From the NCBI GenBank assembly GCA_965248695.1, contig CBDFKD010000002.1, positions 3,936,001 to 4,000,000 of the forward strand: a DNA stretch of 64,000 nt. The letters are read 5' to 3'. Below are positions 40,719-50,857 of this stretch, piece by piece. Origin of the DNA: Acidobacteriota bacterium (GTDB lineage Bacteria; Acidobacteriota; UBA890; WLXD01). The notes under the pieces were generated by a model. That model searched no databases and was not told the origin of the DNA. It saw nothing but the letters and a program-made list of their open reading frames with translations. The translations under genes and the position numbers were made by a program. Each line of letters begins with the position of its first letter. The stretch's first letter is position 1.

Positions 40719-41569
40719 TCAAAACAATACAGCACACCGCGACCCGGGGTCGAGATGCTCCTGTAGCCCACTGCCGAGCATGTTGGTGGCCCAGACGACA
40801 ACGACGATCGTCAGCCCCGAGAGGTTGGCGATCCATGGCGCGACCCACAGCTGATCACGACCCTCGGCCAGCATGTTGCCCCAGGTCGCCGCTGGCGGCG
40901 GCACTCCCAGGCCGAGGAAGCTGAGGGCGGTTTCCTGCAGGATCACGTGCGCTACCTGCAGCGTGGAGACCGCCGCCAGCACTGGTAGTAGGTGCGGGAA
41001 GATGTGGCGGGACAGGATGTAGAGGTCACCGGCACCCTGCGCCACGGCCGCCTCGACGAAGGCGCGTTCCTTCAATGCCCGGGTCATGCCGAACGTGACG
41101 CGCGCGTAGACCATCCATCCAGACACTCCCAGCACGATGATCAGATTGAGGGCGCTGCCGCCGATCGCTGCGACGATCAGAATCGCCAGCAAGATGTCGG
41201 GCATCGCGAGGTGCGCATCGGCGAGGCGCATGATGAGCTGCTCGGTCTTGCCGCCGCGATAACCGGCGATCATGCCCAGCGCGGAGCCGAACAAGCACGA
41301 CAGCAGCATCGCCGCGAAGCCGACAAGCATCGAGATTCGAGCCCCGTAGATGAGCCGAGAGAAAAGGTCACGCCCGTAGTTGTCGGTGCCCAGCAGATGT
41401 GTCGCCGAGCCGGTGGAATACCAGGATGGTGGCGCAAGGCGGTCCAGCAGCGCCTGCTCGTCGGGATCGTGGGTCGCCGCGTAGGGGGCGAGGAGCGCCG
41501 CCAGCAACGCCAGTGCCACGATGCCGCCGCCCACGCTGATCTTGGCGTTCCTAGAATGCGCCGCGGCAT
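40719..41569 (-). CDS. ABC permease (DppC-like), probable 1-nt frameshift near codon 7 or alternative GTG start
   Basis: HLLGTDNYGRD and SFLGLGVPPP..TWG; ATG 41569 (MPRRILG) is out of frame with NAKISVGG. Confidence 0.85.
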
Positions 41570-41572
41570 GGC

Positions 41573-42490
41573 CTACTCCAGCCTGACGCGTGGGTCGATG
41601 GCCGACTGCGTCAAGTCGACGATCAGATTGGAAAGGACGATGGCGAGGCTGGCCAGAAAGACTGCGGCAATGACCACCGGAGCATCGCGCTGGAAGATGC
41701 TGCTGACCATCAGACGTCCGACTCCCGGCCAGGCGAAGATGGTCTCGGTGATGATCGAGCCCCCTACAAGTCGGCCCGCCTGCAGTCCGAGGAACGTGAG
41801 CACCGGATTGATCGCGTTGGGCAGGATGTGTCGTACCAGCACCACCGGTGGCGCTAGCCCTTTCGAGCGCGCCGTCCTCACGTAGGGCTCGGAGAAGTTC
41901 TCCAGAACGCTGGCCCGCGTCAGCAAGATGAACCCGGGAAGCAGGAAGCTCGCAAGCGTCAACGCCGGCAAGACCAGGTGGCGCCAGCTGCCCTGCCCCG
42001 ACGTCGGTAGCCAGCCGAGCTGCAGCGCGAACAACTGGATCAGCAGCAGGCCGAGCCAGAAGCTGGGCATCGACTGTCCGGCGATGGCGGCGGTGGAGAT
42101 CAGGAAGTCGAGGGGCCGGTCCGGGCGTAGGGCGCACAGGACGCCGGCCGCGACCCCGAGCGCGAGGGCAATCGCCAGGGCGATGGCCATGAGCTGCAGC
42201 GTGGCACCGAGGCGCTGCAACACGAGGGGCATTGCGGGCGCCGAGTACTGCAGCGACGTGCCGAAGTCACCCCGGACAACATCGCCCAGGAAATGGAGAA
42301 ACTGCAGCGGTATCGGCTCGTCGAGGTGCAACTGCGCTCGCAGCTGTGCCTCGGCCGCCGGTGTGCTGTTGATGTCGAGATATAGCAGCACCGGGTCGCC
42401 GGTGACCCGCAGGATGACGAACACGACGAAGCTCACCAGCAGTAGCGAGACCGGTGCGATGGCGAGCCGCCGAGCGGCGTAGTTCAGCAT
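41573..42490 (-). CDS. ABC permease (DppB-like)
   Basis: GDFGTS, SMPSFWLG, YVRTARSKG and ETIFAWPGVG. Confidence 0.93.
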   Translation of the reverse strand: MLNYAARRLAIAPVSLLLVSFVVFVILRVTGDPVLLYLDINSTPAAEAQLRAQLHLDEPIPLQFLHFLGDVVRGDFGTSLQYSAPAMPLVLQRLGATLQLMAIALAIALALGVAAGVLCALRPDRPLDFLISTAAIAGQSMPSFWLGLLLIQLFALQLGWLPTSGQGSWRHLVLPALTLASFLLPGFILLTRASVLENFSEPYVRTARSKGLAPPVVLVRHILPNAINPVLTFLGLQAGRLVGGSIITETIFAWPGVGRLMVSSIFQRDAPVVIAAVFLASLAIVLSNLIVDLTQSAIDPRVRLE

Positions 42491-42503
42491 CTGTTACAGG
42501 CCA

Positions 42504-43631
42504 CTAGACGACGAGGATCTCCTCGTTGTCGAAGAACCCGGTGCGGACGATCGGCGCCCCGTCCGTGATCTCGACGAGATCCTCCATGTGCAATCCGTAC
42601 TCGCCCACCCAGCGGACGCGCGTCTCGACGGTCGACATCATGCCGGGCTGATAGACGATCTCCTCGTGCGGGCTGATCAGCGGATGCTCATGAACCTGCA
42701 GCCCGATGCCGTGTCCGTTGTGCCCGAGCGGGAACGGGATTCCCGCCTTCTCATACAGCTCGGCGGTGCGCTCGAACAGCTGGCGGCCGCTGTTGCCCGG
42801 CCTGAGCATGTCGATGATCTCCCAGTGGATCTCGCGTAGCCGTTTCCACCAGGACTCCTCCTCATCCGTCGTCTTGCCGAGCTTGGCGGTACGTCCGACG
42901 TTGGAGTGGTACTCGCGATAGTAGGCACCGACGTCGGTCTTGATGATGTCCCCCTGCTTCACACGATAGGTGGAGGGATGCATGTGCGGATACCCGGTGT
43001 TCGGGCCCGCGTTGAGAAGATTGAAGGCTATGGCGTCGGCACCCGAGCGCAGGATGGCATCGACCAGACGGCGGGACATGCTGCGCTCGGATTCGCCTTC
43101 CTGCACCGTTGCGTAGGTGCCCAGCAGAGCCTTCTCGGTGCCGCGAAACGCGTCGATCAGGATCTCGCGCTCGCGTGGCGTCTTCACCATCCGCACGTGA
43201 GCAAACAGATCGGCGCAGGGTTCGATGCGCAGCTCGGGCAGCTCTCGGGTCAGCTGCGCGTGGTACTGGACGCCCAGGTATTCGGTATCGGCGCCGATCC
43301 GTGCCTTGGCGAGGCCCAGCTCCGTGAGCACCTCGGCCAAGAGCTCGATGGGCGAGACGACGAACTCCTTGTACGGGCGCAGGTCCTGGATCCAGGATTC
43401 CTGCCGCATGTAGGCCTCTTCGATCTGGCACAGGACGTAGACGGGGTCGCTGCCCGACGGCCAGACGATCAACCCCAGTCGGTCGCGGATCACGTTGTGG
43501 GTGGCGATCGGTGCGTCGGTGACATACCGCAGGTTCTCCGGCGACATCGCCACGACGGCGTCGAAGTCGCTTTCGTCGATGGCCCGGCGCAGTCCTGTCA
43601 GATCGCCGATAGCGTCCTCGATCGTCTTCAT
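42504..43631 (-). CDS. M24 Xaa-Pro peptidase-like protein
   Basis: MKTIEDAIG, SPENLRY, RMVKT..E, KTDVG, GHGIG..VHE.P, TVE and MEDL; its ATG overlaps the TGA of the upstream SBP. Confidence 0.85.
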   Translation of the reverse strand: MKTIEDAIGDLTGLRRAIDESDFDAVVAMSPENLRYVTDAPIATHNVIRDRLGLIVWPSGSDPVYVLCQIEEAYMRQESWIQDLRPYKEFVVSPIELLAEVLTELGLAKARIGADTEYLGVQYHAQLTRELPELRIEPCADLFAHVRMVKTPREREILIDAFRGTEKALLGTYATVQEGESERSMSRRLVDAILRSGADAIAFNLLNAGPNTGYPHMHPSTYRVKQGDIIKTDVGAYYREYHSNVGRTAKLGKTTDEEESWWKRLREIHWEIIDMLRPGNSGRQLFERTAELYEKAGIPFPLGHNGHGIGLQVHEHPLISPHEEIVYQPGMMSTVETRVRWVGEYGLHMEDLVEITDGAPIVRTGFFDNEEILVV

Positions 43632-45143
43632 GACGGCGGGCTCAACGTCGTCTTGTGGAGTCGCAGCACCTTGTCGGTTGGTGGCTGCCAGCCCGTGACC
43701 CGGCGGCTCTTGGCATAGATGCTGGGCAGCGAGAACAGGAAGATCGCCGGAGTTTCCTCGTGCATGATCTCCATCATCCGCCGGTAGATGCGACGGCGGG
43801 CACCTTCGTCGATCGTCGATCTCGCCTGCAGGAAGAGCTCTTCGTATTCCGCGTTGTACCACAGCGCCCGACCGCTTGCCTCGGTGAACCACACGGTGGC
43901 GAAGTCGGCATCGCCGAGGCTGTACCAGCCGACCATGTGGATCGGTCCGAGCTCCCTGGCGAGCACCATCTTGGAGAACACGCCGCCCTCCACCACGTTG
44001 ATCTTCGCTGCGATGCTCACCTTGTCGAGCATGCCCGAGACCGCGTTGGCGATGTAGACATCGGAGACGTACTTGCTGGCGCGCGTCGTGATCGAGGTCG
44101 CGAACCCGTTCGGGTAGCCGGCGCCGGTCAGTAGGTCGCGCGCGCGCGGGATCGTACGGTCGGGCGCTGAGTGCGGGGTTGTGTCCCGGTGTGCTCTCGG
44201 GGAGCAGTTGCCCGTCCAGTAGGCTGCCGCTGCCGCGCAGCAGGGCCTCGCGGATCAGCGGCTTGTCGATGGCGTGGTCGAGGGCGACCCGCACTGCTCG
44301 GTCATCGAACGGTGGTCTGCGAGTGTCCAGCGTCAGCACCAGCGCCACCGCTGATTCCACCGGCGCTACCTCCAGATCGGCAGCTTCCTCCACCCGCGGG
44401 ATCAGGTCGACGGGAAGCTCCTCGATAATGTGGGTCTCATTGGCCAGCAACGAGGCAAGGCGCGTGGAGGACTCGGGAATCTGCCGAAACACCACCCGTT
44501 CGATCCGCGGCGCGCCGCCCCAGTAGCTCTCGTTAGCGGTCAGCTCGTAGCGATCTCCCGGCTCCCAGCGCGCGAAGATGAACGGCCCGGTTCCCATCGG
44601 GCGCTGGGTGCGCTCCTGTTTCGTGGTCTTCTCGTGATAGTGGCGCGCCTCGATCGGTATGTCCGAGAGACCGAGCGTCAGCGTTGGAAACGGACCATCG
44701 GTGCGCAAATCGATGGTGTGCTCGTCGACGATCGTGATCGTTTCGAGCTGCTCGATGCGCCGCCGGCCGGTGTGGATCGAGGCCGGGTCGAGCACGTACT
44801 CGAGCGTGTGCTTGACGTCGGCGGCGGTGAAGGGCATGCCATCGTGGAATGTGACGCCGGGTCGAAGCTCGATCCTCCAGGTGGTGTCGTCGACGGCCTC
44901 CCACGACACGGCGAGTCCCGGCCGCAGGTTGCCCTGGTCGTCGCGCTGGATCAGCGGATCCATCGTCTGATAGGCGAGACTGAGGCCGGCGAAGCTGGTG
45001 GCGCTACCCTCGAGCGACTCGGGAAAGACCGCGGTGGCGACGACGAGCGTGTCGGACGATGCGGTGACGACAGAGCACCCCACCAGACCGAGGTTCAGCA
45101 TGAGGAGAACGAGGCGAGTCTGCAGGCTGGTCATAGGACGCAT
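43628..45143 (-). pseudogene. ABC family-5 substrate-binding lipoprotein frameshifted at a (CG)6 tract
   Basis: Lipobox LVGC, LRPGVTFHDG and GTGPF; after YDPARAR the SBP continues in another frame (DLLTGAGYPNGF...HKTTLSPPS*). Confidence 0.85.
44137..44148. repeat. (CG)6 dinucleotide tract at the SBP frameshift
   Basis: cgcgcgcgcgcg; adding one CG unit restores PARARDLLTGAGYPNGF. Confidence 0.85.
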
Positions 45144-45318
45144 CGCCGTGGTGAAGGGGACCCGATTGCACCGCGATTAATCAGCGTGGTCAAGGTCGTT
45201 GGCGGCCACGTGGTGCGGTCGTTGCAGCATCGTTGAACTTCGGCGACGGGTGTGGTCATGTGGTCGATCTCTGGCCCGAATGATGCCGGTCAATGCGATG
45301 AGGAGCGTCCAGGACATC

Positions 45319-46584
45319 ATGACGACACGGCGCGGTTTCTTGCGATATCTCGCCGGCACGCCGTTGCTCGCCGGCGCTGGCGCTGGTGCCGGCCTGTCGG
45401 GTTGGCCGCTCGAGGAGTCGGCGGCGAATCGGTTCGACGAAGAGCTCTTCGCCACGCTGGCGCAGTTCGTCAGCGAGCAGGGGCGCGTCGTCTACGGGCC
45501 GGATCAGGCCGTCAGCATCTTCGACTTCGAGGCCACGGCGCGCACCAACGTGCCGCAGTCGCACTTCGGCTACATCGCCACCGGAGTCGACGGCGAGGCG
45601 ACGCTGCACGCCAATCGGGAAGCCATCGCCCGGGTGCAGTTGCGCGCTCGTCGCCTGGTGGATGTGAGCGAGATCGACATGTCGACGGAGATCTTCGGGC
45701 GGCGCTGGGAAACGCCGATCGTGATTCAGCCGTGCGGCAGCCAGAAGGCCTTCCACCCCGAGGGGGAAGTGGCCGTGGCTCGAGCCGCCCGCGCCCGCGG
45801 ACACCTGCAGATGCTGTCCACGGTTACCACGTCGTCGGTGGAGGAGGTCAACGAGGCTCGCGGCGAGCCGGTCTGGTACCAGCTTTACCCGACCACCGAG
45901 TGGCGTATCACCGAGGCCCTTTTGCGTCGTGCCGAGGCTGCCGGTTGTCCGGCGGCCGTGTTGACCATCGATAACCCCGTCGGCGGCAATCGCGAGACGT
46001 CGAGGAGGGAATCGCTGGCCGATCCGCGCGATTGCAGCCTCTGCCACGTGCCGCAGGGGGAGTTTGCCGACTACGCGCGCCGCAAGCCCATGTTCGACGG
46101 GCTCGACCTCGAAGGCGTCACCGGGGTCGGAAACCCGAGTGCGACGTGGGAGTTCGTCGATCGTCTCAGGGAGACGACCGACATGAAGTTGGTGCTCAAG
46201 GGGATCGTCACGCGCGAGGATGCGGAGCTGTGCATCGAGCACGGCGTCGACGGCATCGTGGTGTCCAACCACGGCGGCCGCAACGTGCCCTCGGCGCGCG
46301 GCACGATCGAGAGCCTGCCCGAGGTTGTCGACGCCGTTGCCGGTCGCATCCCGGTGATCGTCGACGGCGGTTTCCGGCGTGGGTCGGACATGCTGCGGGC
46401 ACTCGCGTTAGGTGCCGACGCGGTCGGTATCGGCCGCCCGTATCTCTGGGGTCTGGGTGCGTTCGGAGAGGCAGGCGTCGACGCGGTGTTGCAGATGCTG
46501 ACGGATGAGCTGCGCCAGTCCATGCAGCTTATCGGCGCGCCGTCGCTGGAGGTCTTGAACCGCTCGTTCGTCGACGGCCGCTGA
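45319..46584 (+). CDS. Tat-signal FMN-dependent alpha-hydroxy-acid oxidase/dehydrogenase with CxxCH insertion
   Basis: TRRGFL; TL.AN, WYQLY, LTID, LKGI, VSNHGGR, DGGFRRGSD and GRPYLWGL; DCSLCH at 46033-46047. Confidence 0.92.
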   Translation: MTTRRGFLRYLAGTPLLAGAGAGAGLSGWPLEESAANRFDEELFATLAQFVSEQGRVVYGPDQAVSIFDFEATARTNVPQSHFGYIATGVDGEATLHANREAIARVQLRARRLVDVSEIDMSTEIFGRRWETPIVIQPCGSQKAFHPEGEVAVARAARARGHLQMLSTVTTSSVEEVNEARGEPVWYQLYPTTEWRITEALLRRAEAAGCPAAVLTIDNPVGGNRETSRRESLADPRDCSLCHVPQGEFADYARRKPMFDGLDLEGVTGVGNPSATWEFVDRLRETTDMKLVLKGIVTREDAELCIEHGVDGIVVSNHGGRNVPSARGTIESLPEVVDAVAGRIPVIVDGGFRRGSDMLRALALGADAVGIGRPYLWGLGAFGEAGVDAVLQMLTDELRQSMQLIGAPSLEVLNRSFVDGR

Positions 46585-47045
46585 TGGGCGCCCCATCGTC
46601 CGAGGCGGCGTCAGATCGCGAGCCAACACCGTCGGCGGCAGGCCGCGAGGCTCTGCTGAAGCTCGTGCTGCGGGTCATCGGCGGTTTCTCGCTGTTGGCG
46701 CTGATCTTCGTGGTGGCGCCGTACAGCTGGATGAACACGATTCACGACCGGTGGCTCGGTATGGGAGAGCTCTCGAGCCAGCCGGTGGTCGGCTACCTGG
46801 CGCGCTCCACGTCGGCTTTCTACGCGCTGCTCGGTGGGCTGTTGATCTTGGTCTCCCGCGATCCGCGAGCGTATCGTTCGGTGCTCCTGTACCTCGCCTG
46901 GGCAATCATGGCCCTTGGCGTGGCCCTGTTCTTCATCGACCAGGCCGAGGGGCTACCGCCACCCTGGAGCCTGTGGGAAGGCCCGTTCGTCGCGGCGTTC
47001 GGCGTGCTGGTTCTTTGGCTGACGCGTACGCTTGGCGAGGAATAG
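46584..47045 (+). CDS. Small integral membrane protein (about 4 TM), unknown function
   Basis: Hydrophobic segments; TGATG coupling to the oxidase. Confidence 0.75.
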   Translation: MGAPSSEAASDREPTPSAAGREALLKLVLRVIGGFSLLALIFVVAPYSWMNTIHDRWLGMGELSSQPVVGYLARSTSAFYALLGGLLILVSRDPRAYRSVLLYLAWAIMALGVALFFIDQAEGLPPPWSLWEGPFVAAFGVLVLWLTRTLGEE

Positions 47046-47085
47046 GCTGCCGTTGATCCGATCTGAATTCTCGAGGGAGGCTCTG

Positions 47086-49056
47086 ATGAATCCGCACCGC
47101 ATCGATGGCCGGACACCTGCAACAGAGCGAACCACCCTGGTCCGAGTGCCGATCGTCGTTTCCCTGGCAATCGGGATGCTGGTCTCCGCCTGCGCGGCGG
47201 AGGTGCCCACTCCTCCAATGGAGGTCGCAACCTACGATATCGGCGCGTTTCTGGACACCACGAACTATCGAGGTGCTTCGTTCTCGCCCGACAACTCGAG
47301 CCTGCTGGTGAGCACCGACCAGACGGGCATCTTCAACGCCTTTACGTTGGCAGTGGACGGCTCGGGTGGGGACCAGCTCACAAGCTCGAGTACGGACTCT
47401 GTCTTCGCGCTCGGCTATTTCCCCGACGATGAGAGAATCCTTTACGGCGCCGACCAGGGGGGCAACGAGCTGCGACACCTGTACGTGCGCGATCCCGATG
47501 GTGCGGTGACCGACCTCACCCCGGGGGAGGAGCACATCGGTAACTTCGCCGGCTGGGCGGGCGACAACGAGTCGTTTTACGTATCGAGCAATGAGCGGGA
47601 CCGCCGGTTCTTCGATGTGTACGAATACGACGTCAATACCTACGACCGTGAGCTGATTTTCGAGAACGAGGGGTTCTTCCCGGCCGGGAGCTCGAACGAC
47701 GGGCGTATGATCGCGCTGGCGAAGATGAACACCAACGCCGACTCCGACGCGCTGGTCTATGATCGCGACACCGGCGAGCTACGCAACCTCTCGGCACACG
47801 AGGGCGATATTTCCAATTCGCCCGCCGATTTCACTCCGGACGATCGCGGCCTGCTGGTGCTCACCGACGACGGTGCCGAGTTTGCCTACCTGGTTCGTTA
47901 CGATCTGGAGACCGGCGCCCGGGAAGAGATGCTGCGCGCCGACTGGGACATCTCCTTCGCGGCCTACTCGCGCGGTGGCACATATCTGGTGGTCGGAATC
48001 AACAACGACGCCCGTACCGAGCTACGCCTGTACGAGGCCGCGACGATGGCGCTCGTCGAGCTGCCTGATCTCGGTGACGCCGAGATCAGCTCCGTGTCGA
48101 TCTCGCGCGATGAGCAACACATGGCGTTCTACTCCTCATCAAGCCGTGCGCCGCGCGATCTCTTCTACTATCGACTCGGCGCCGACGCACCGGTTCAACT
48201 GACCCGCTCGCTCAACCCGAACATCGACCCCGACCATCTGGTGGACGGAAGCGTCAAGTGGTTCGAGTCGTGGGACGGTCTGGAGGTTCCGGGCATTCTC
48301 TACAAGCCCCATCAGGCCAGCCCGGACAACAAGGTGCCGGCCCTGTTGTGGGTGCACGGCGGTCCCGGCGGCCAGTCGCGCATCGGCTACTCCGGACTGA
48401 TCCAGTACGTGGTCAACCACGGCTACGCGGTATACGCGATCAACAACCGCGGTAGCTCCGGGTATGGCAAGACGTTCTTCCACCTCGACGATCAACGGCA
48501 CGGTCACGACGACCTCGACGATTGCGTCGCCAGCAAACGAATGCTGATCGACACGACCTGGGTCGATCCCGACCGGATCGGCATCCTCGGAGGTAGCTAC
48601 GGCGGCTACATGACCCTCGCCGCGCTCACCTTCCGACCGGAAGAATTCACCGTTGGCGTGGATCTGTTCGGCATATCCAACTGGGTACGGACGCTCGAGA
48701 GCATTCCGCCGTGGTGGGAGGCGCAGCGCGCCATGCTGGAGAACGAGATGGGCCCGTTCGACGACCTGGACACCTTCCGCGCCAAGTCGCCGCTGTTCCA
48801 CGCCGACCAGATCGTCCGACCGCTGATGGTGCTCCAGGGAGCCAACGATCCGCGCGTGGTCAAGGCGGAATCTGACGACATCGTCGAGGCGGTGCGTGAG
48901 AACGGTGTGCCGGTGGAATATGTCGTGTTCGATGACGAGGGTCACGGGTTCGTCAAGAAGGAGAACCAGGAGGAGGGGTATCGGAAGATCCTCGAGTTCC
49001 TGGAAACCCATCTGCGCGGCGCGGCTGCCCCAGCGTCCGACCGGGCGACGGGGTAA
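47086..49056 (+). CDS. S9C acylaminoacyl-peptidase-like lipoprotein
   Basis: Lipobox VSAC, VHGGP, NNRGSSGYG, GGSYGG, GANDPRV and DEGHG; GAGGGAGG RBS. Confidence 0.93.
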   Translation: MNPHRIDGRTPATERTTLVRVPIVVSLAIGMLVSACAAEVPTPPMEVATYDIGAFLDTTNYRGASFSPDNSSLLVSTDQTGIFNAFTLAVDGSGGDQLTSSSTDSVFALGYFPDDERILYGADQGGNELRHLYVRDPDGAVTDLTPGEEHIGNFAGWAGDNESFYVSSNERDRRFFDVYEYDVNTYDRELIFENEGFFPAGSSNDGRMIALAKMNTNADSDALVYDRDTGELRNLSAHEGDISNSPADFTPDDRGLLVLTDDGAEFAYLVRYDLETGAREEMLRADWDISFAAYSRGGTYLVVGINNDARTELRLYEAATMALVELPDLGDAEISSVSISRDEQHMAFYSSSSRAPRDLFYYRLGADAPVQLTRSLNPNIDPDHLVDGSVKWFESWDGLEVPGILYKPHQASPDNKVPALLWVHGGPGGQSRIGYSGLIQYVVNHGYAVYAINNRGSSGYGKTFFHLDDQRHGHDDLDDCVASKRMLIDTTWVDPDRIGILGGSYGGYMTLAALTFRPEEFTVGVDLFGISNWVRTLESIPPWWEAQRAMLENEMGPFDDLDTFRAKSPLFHADQIVRPLMVLQGANDPRVVKAESDDIVEAVRENGVPVEYVVFDDEGHGFVKKENQEEGYRKILEFLETHLRGAAAPASDRATG

Positions 49057-49126
49057 CCGGGCGACGGGGTGACGCTCGAGGCTTCGCCGGCACGGCGACG
49101 TGTATGGACCATCTGACGAGGACGAG

Positions 49127-50746
49127 ATGCGACGACGCGACTTTCTGCGCCATTCGCTAGCCGGAACCGTAGCCGTGGCCTCGAGCGTGCCCCAGAGCCG
49201 AGCGGCAGCTGCGACCCACAGTGCCCATGTCGGTGAACAGCAGAGCGCCGACGTCGTCGTCGAGGAGGTCAGCGTGCGCGACCTCCAGGCTCAGATGGCC
49301 GCCGGGCGATTCAGCGCCGAGCAGCTGGTGCGAACGTACCTGGATCGGGTCGAGTCGATCGATCGTGCCGGCCCGACTCTGAACTCGATCATCGAGGTGA
49401 ACCCCGACGCGCTGCCGATCGCTCGGAGCCTCGACGGGGAGCGTGACGCGGGGCAGGTACGTGGACCTCTCCACGGCATCCCGGTGGTGATCAAAGACAA
49501 CATCGACACCGGCGACCGGATGCTGACCACCGCCGGTTCTCTGGCGCTGGTGGATGCGCCGAGGCCGCGTGACGCGTTCATCGTCGAGCGCCTGCGCGAG
49601 GCCGGCGCGGTGTTGCTCGCCAAGACCAACTTGAGCGAGTGGGCCAACATGCGCTCGACGCGCAGCAGCTCGGGATGGAGTGGTCGCGGTGGCCAGACCC
49701 ACAATCCGTACGTGCTCGATCGCAGCCCCTGCGGATCGAGCTCGGGCTCGGGTGCTGCGGTCTCGGCCAGTCTGGCCGCTCTCGCCATCGGCACCGAGAC
49801 CGACGGCTCGATCGTCTGCCCAGCGAGCGCTTCCGGGATCGTCGGCATCAAGCCGACGCTGGGGCTGTGGAGCCGCGGCGGGATCATTCCGCTGGCCCAC
49901 AGCCAGGACACCGCCGGGCCGATGGCGCGGACGGTTGCCGACGCAGCGGCGCTGCTCGGTGCACTGACCGGGGTCGACCCGAACGATCCGGATACCGAGG
50001 CCTCAGCCGATCACCGTCGGGCTGATTACACTCAGGCCCTCGACGCCGACGGACTGCGGGGCGCCCGAATCGGCGTCGTGCGTGCCTTCTTCGGGTTCCA
50101 CGAGCGTGTCGATGCGCTGATGGATCGTGCGATCGAGGCGATGCGGCAGGCAGGCGCAGTGATCGTAGATCCGGTCGAGATCCCGAACACCGACAAGTAC
50201 CGGGATACCGAGAACGAGGTCCTGCTGTACGAGCTCAAGGCCGACATGGGGGCCTACCTGGCGGCGCGCGGCGGCAGGATGCAGAGCCTCGCCGACCTGA
50301 TCGCCTTCAACCAGGAGAATCGCGACCGCGAGATGCCCTACTTCGGCCAGGAGCTGTTCGAGATGGCCCAGGCGAAGGGGCCGCTCACCGAGCAGGCGTA
50401 CCTCGACGCGCTGGCGAACAACCGGCGCTACGCCGGGCCCGAGGGTATCGATCTGGCACTGGGTGAGCATCGCCTCGACGTGCTCGTGGCGCCCACCGAC
50501 GGTCCCGCCTGGCCCATCGACCTGGTGACTGGCGACCACTTCCTTGGGGGAAGCTCCAGCCCTGCCGCCGTCTCCGGCTATCCCAGCATTACGGTTCCGG
50601 CAGGCAATGTCTTCGGGCTACCTGTAGGGATCTCGTTCATCGGACCGGCATGGGGTGAGCCCACGCTGATCCGACTGGCGTACAACTACGAACAGGCGAC
50701 TCGCCACCGCGCGGCGCCAGCGTTCCTGCCTAGTCTGCCGCTTTGA
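49127..50746 (+). CDS. Amidase-signature family enzyme with Tat signal
   Basis: RRRDFL; GPLHGIPVVIKDN, KTNLSEWAN, GSSSGS and GTETDGSIVCP. Confidence 0.94.
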   Translation: MRRRDFLRHSLAGTVAVASSVPQSRAAAATHSAHVGEQQSADVVVEEVSVRDLQAQMAAGRFSAEQLVRTYLDRVESIDRAGPTLNSIIEVNPDALPIARSLDGERDAGQVRGPLHGIPVVIKDNIDTGDRMLTTAGSLALVDAPRPRDAFIVERLREAGAVLLAKTNLSEWANMRSTRSSSGWSGRGGQTHNPYVLDRSPCGSSSGSGAAVSASLAALAIGTETDGSIVCPASASGIVGIKPTLGLWSRGGIIPLAHSQDTAGPMARTVADAAALLGALTGVDPNDPDTEASADHRRADYTQALDADGLRGARIGVVRAFFGFHERVDALMDRAIEAMRQAGAVIVDPVEIPNTDKYRDTENEVLLYELKADMGAYLAARGGRMQSLADLIAFNQENRDREMPYFGQELFEMAQAKGPLTEQAYLDALANNRRYAGPEGIDLALGEHRLDVLVAPTDGPAWPIDLVTGDHFLGGSSSPAAVSGYPSITVPAGNVFGLPVGISFIGPAWGEPTLIRLAYNYEQATRHRAAPAFLPSLPL

Positions 50747-50793
50747 AACAATTGACGGCCGGCGCGCGCGCCCCGGCGACCGGGCTCAGGGAT

Positions 50794-50849
50794 CGAGACC
50801 TGCACGTCGGGGGTCGTTCTTTGACGCCGATGACCGGGTGCAGGTTTCG
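50794..50849. terminator. Long hairpin between convergent genes (possible bidirectional terminator)
   Basis: CGAGACCTGCAC pairs with GTGCAGGTTTCG (12 bp, one G-U), with an inner GTCGG/CCGAT stem; no clear U-tract. Confidence 0.45.
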
Positions 50850-50857
50850 TTAGCTGA

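Noticed and set aside
42504-45143. Genuine SBP-M24 peptidase fusion protein (879 aa)
   Set aside because: The middle 170 aa are out-of-frame sequence; the true SBP C-terminus lies in another frame and ends in an ATGA overlap with the peptidase.
50745-50857. Integron attC site
   Set aside because: GTTAGCT follows the hairpin, but there is no complementary RYYYAAC box, no integrase and no cassette array.
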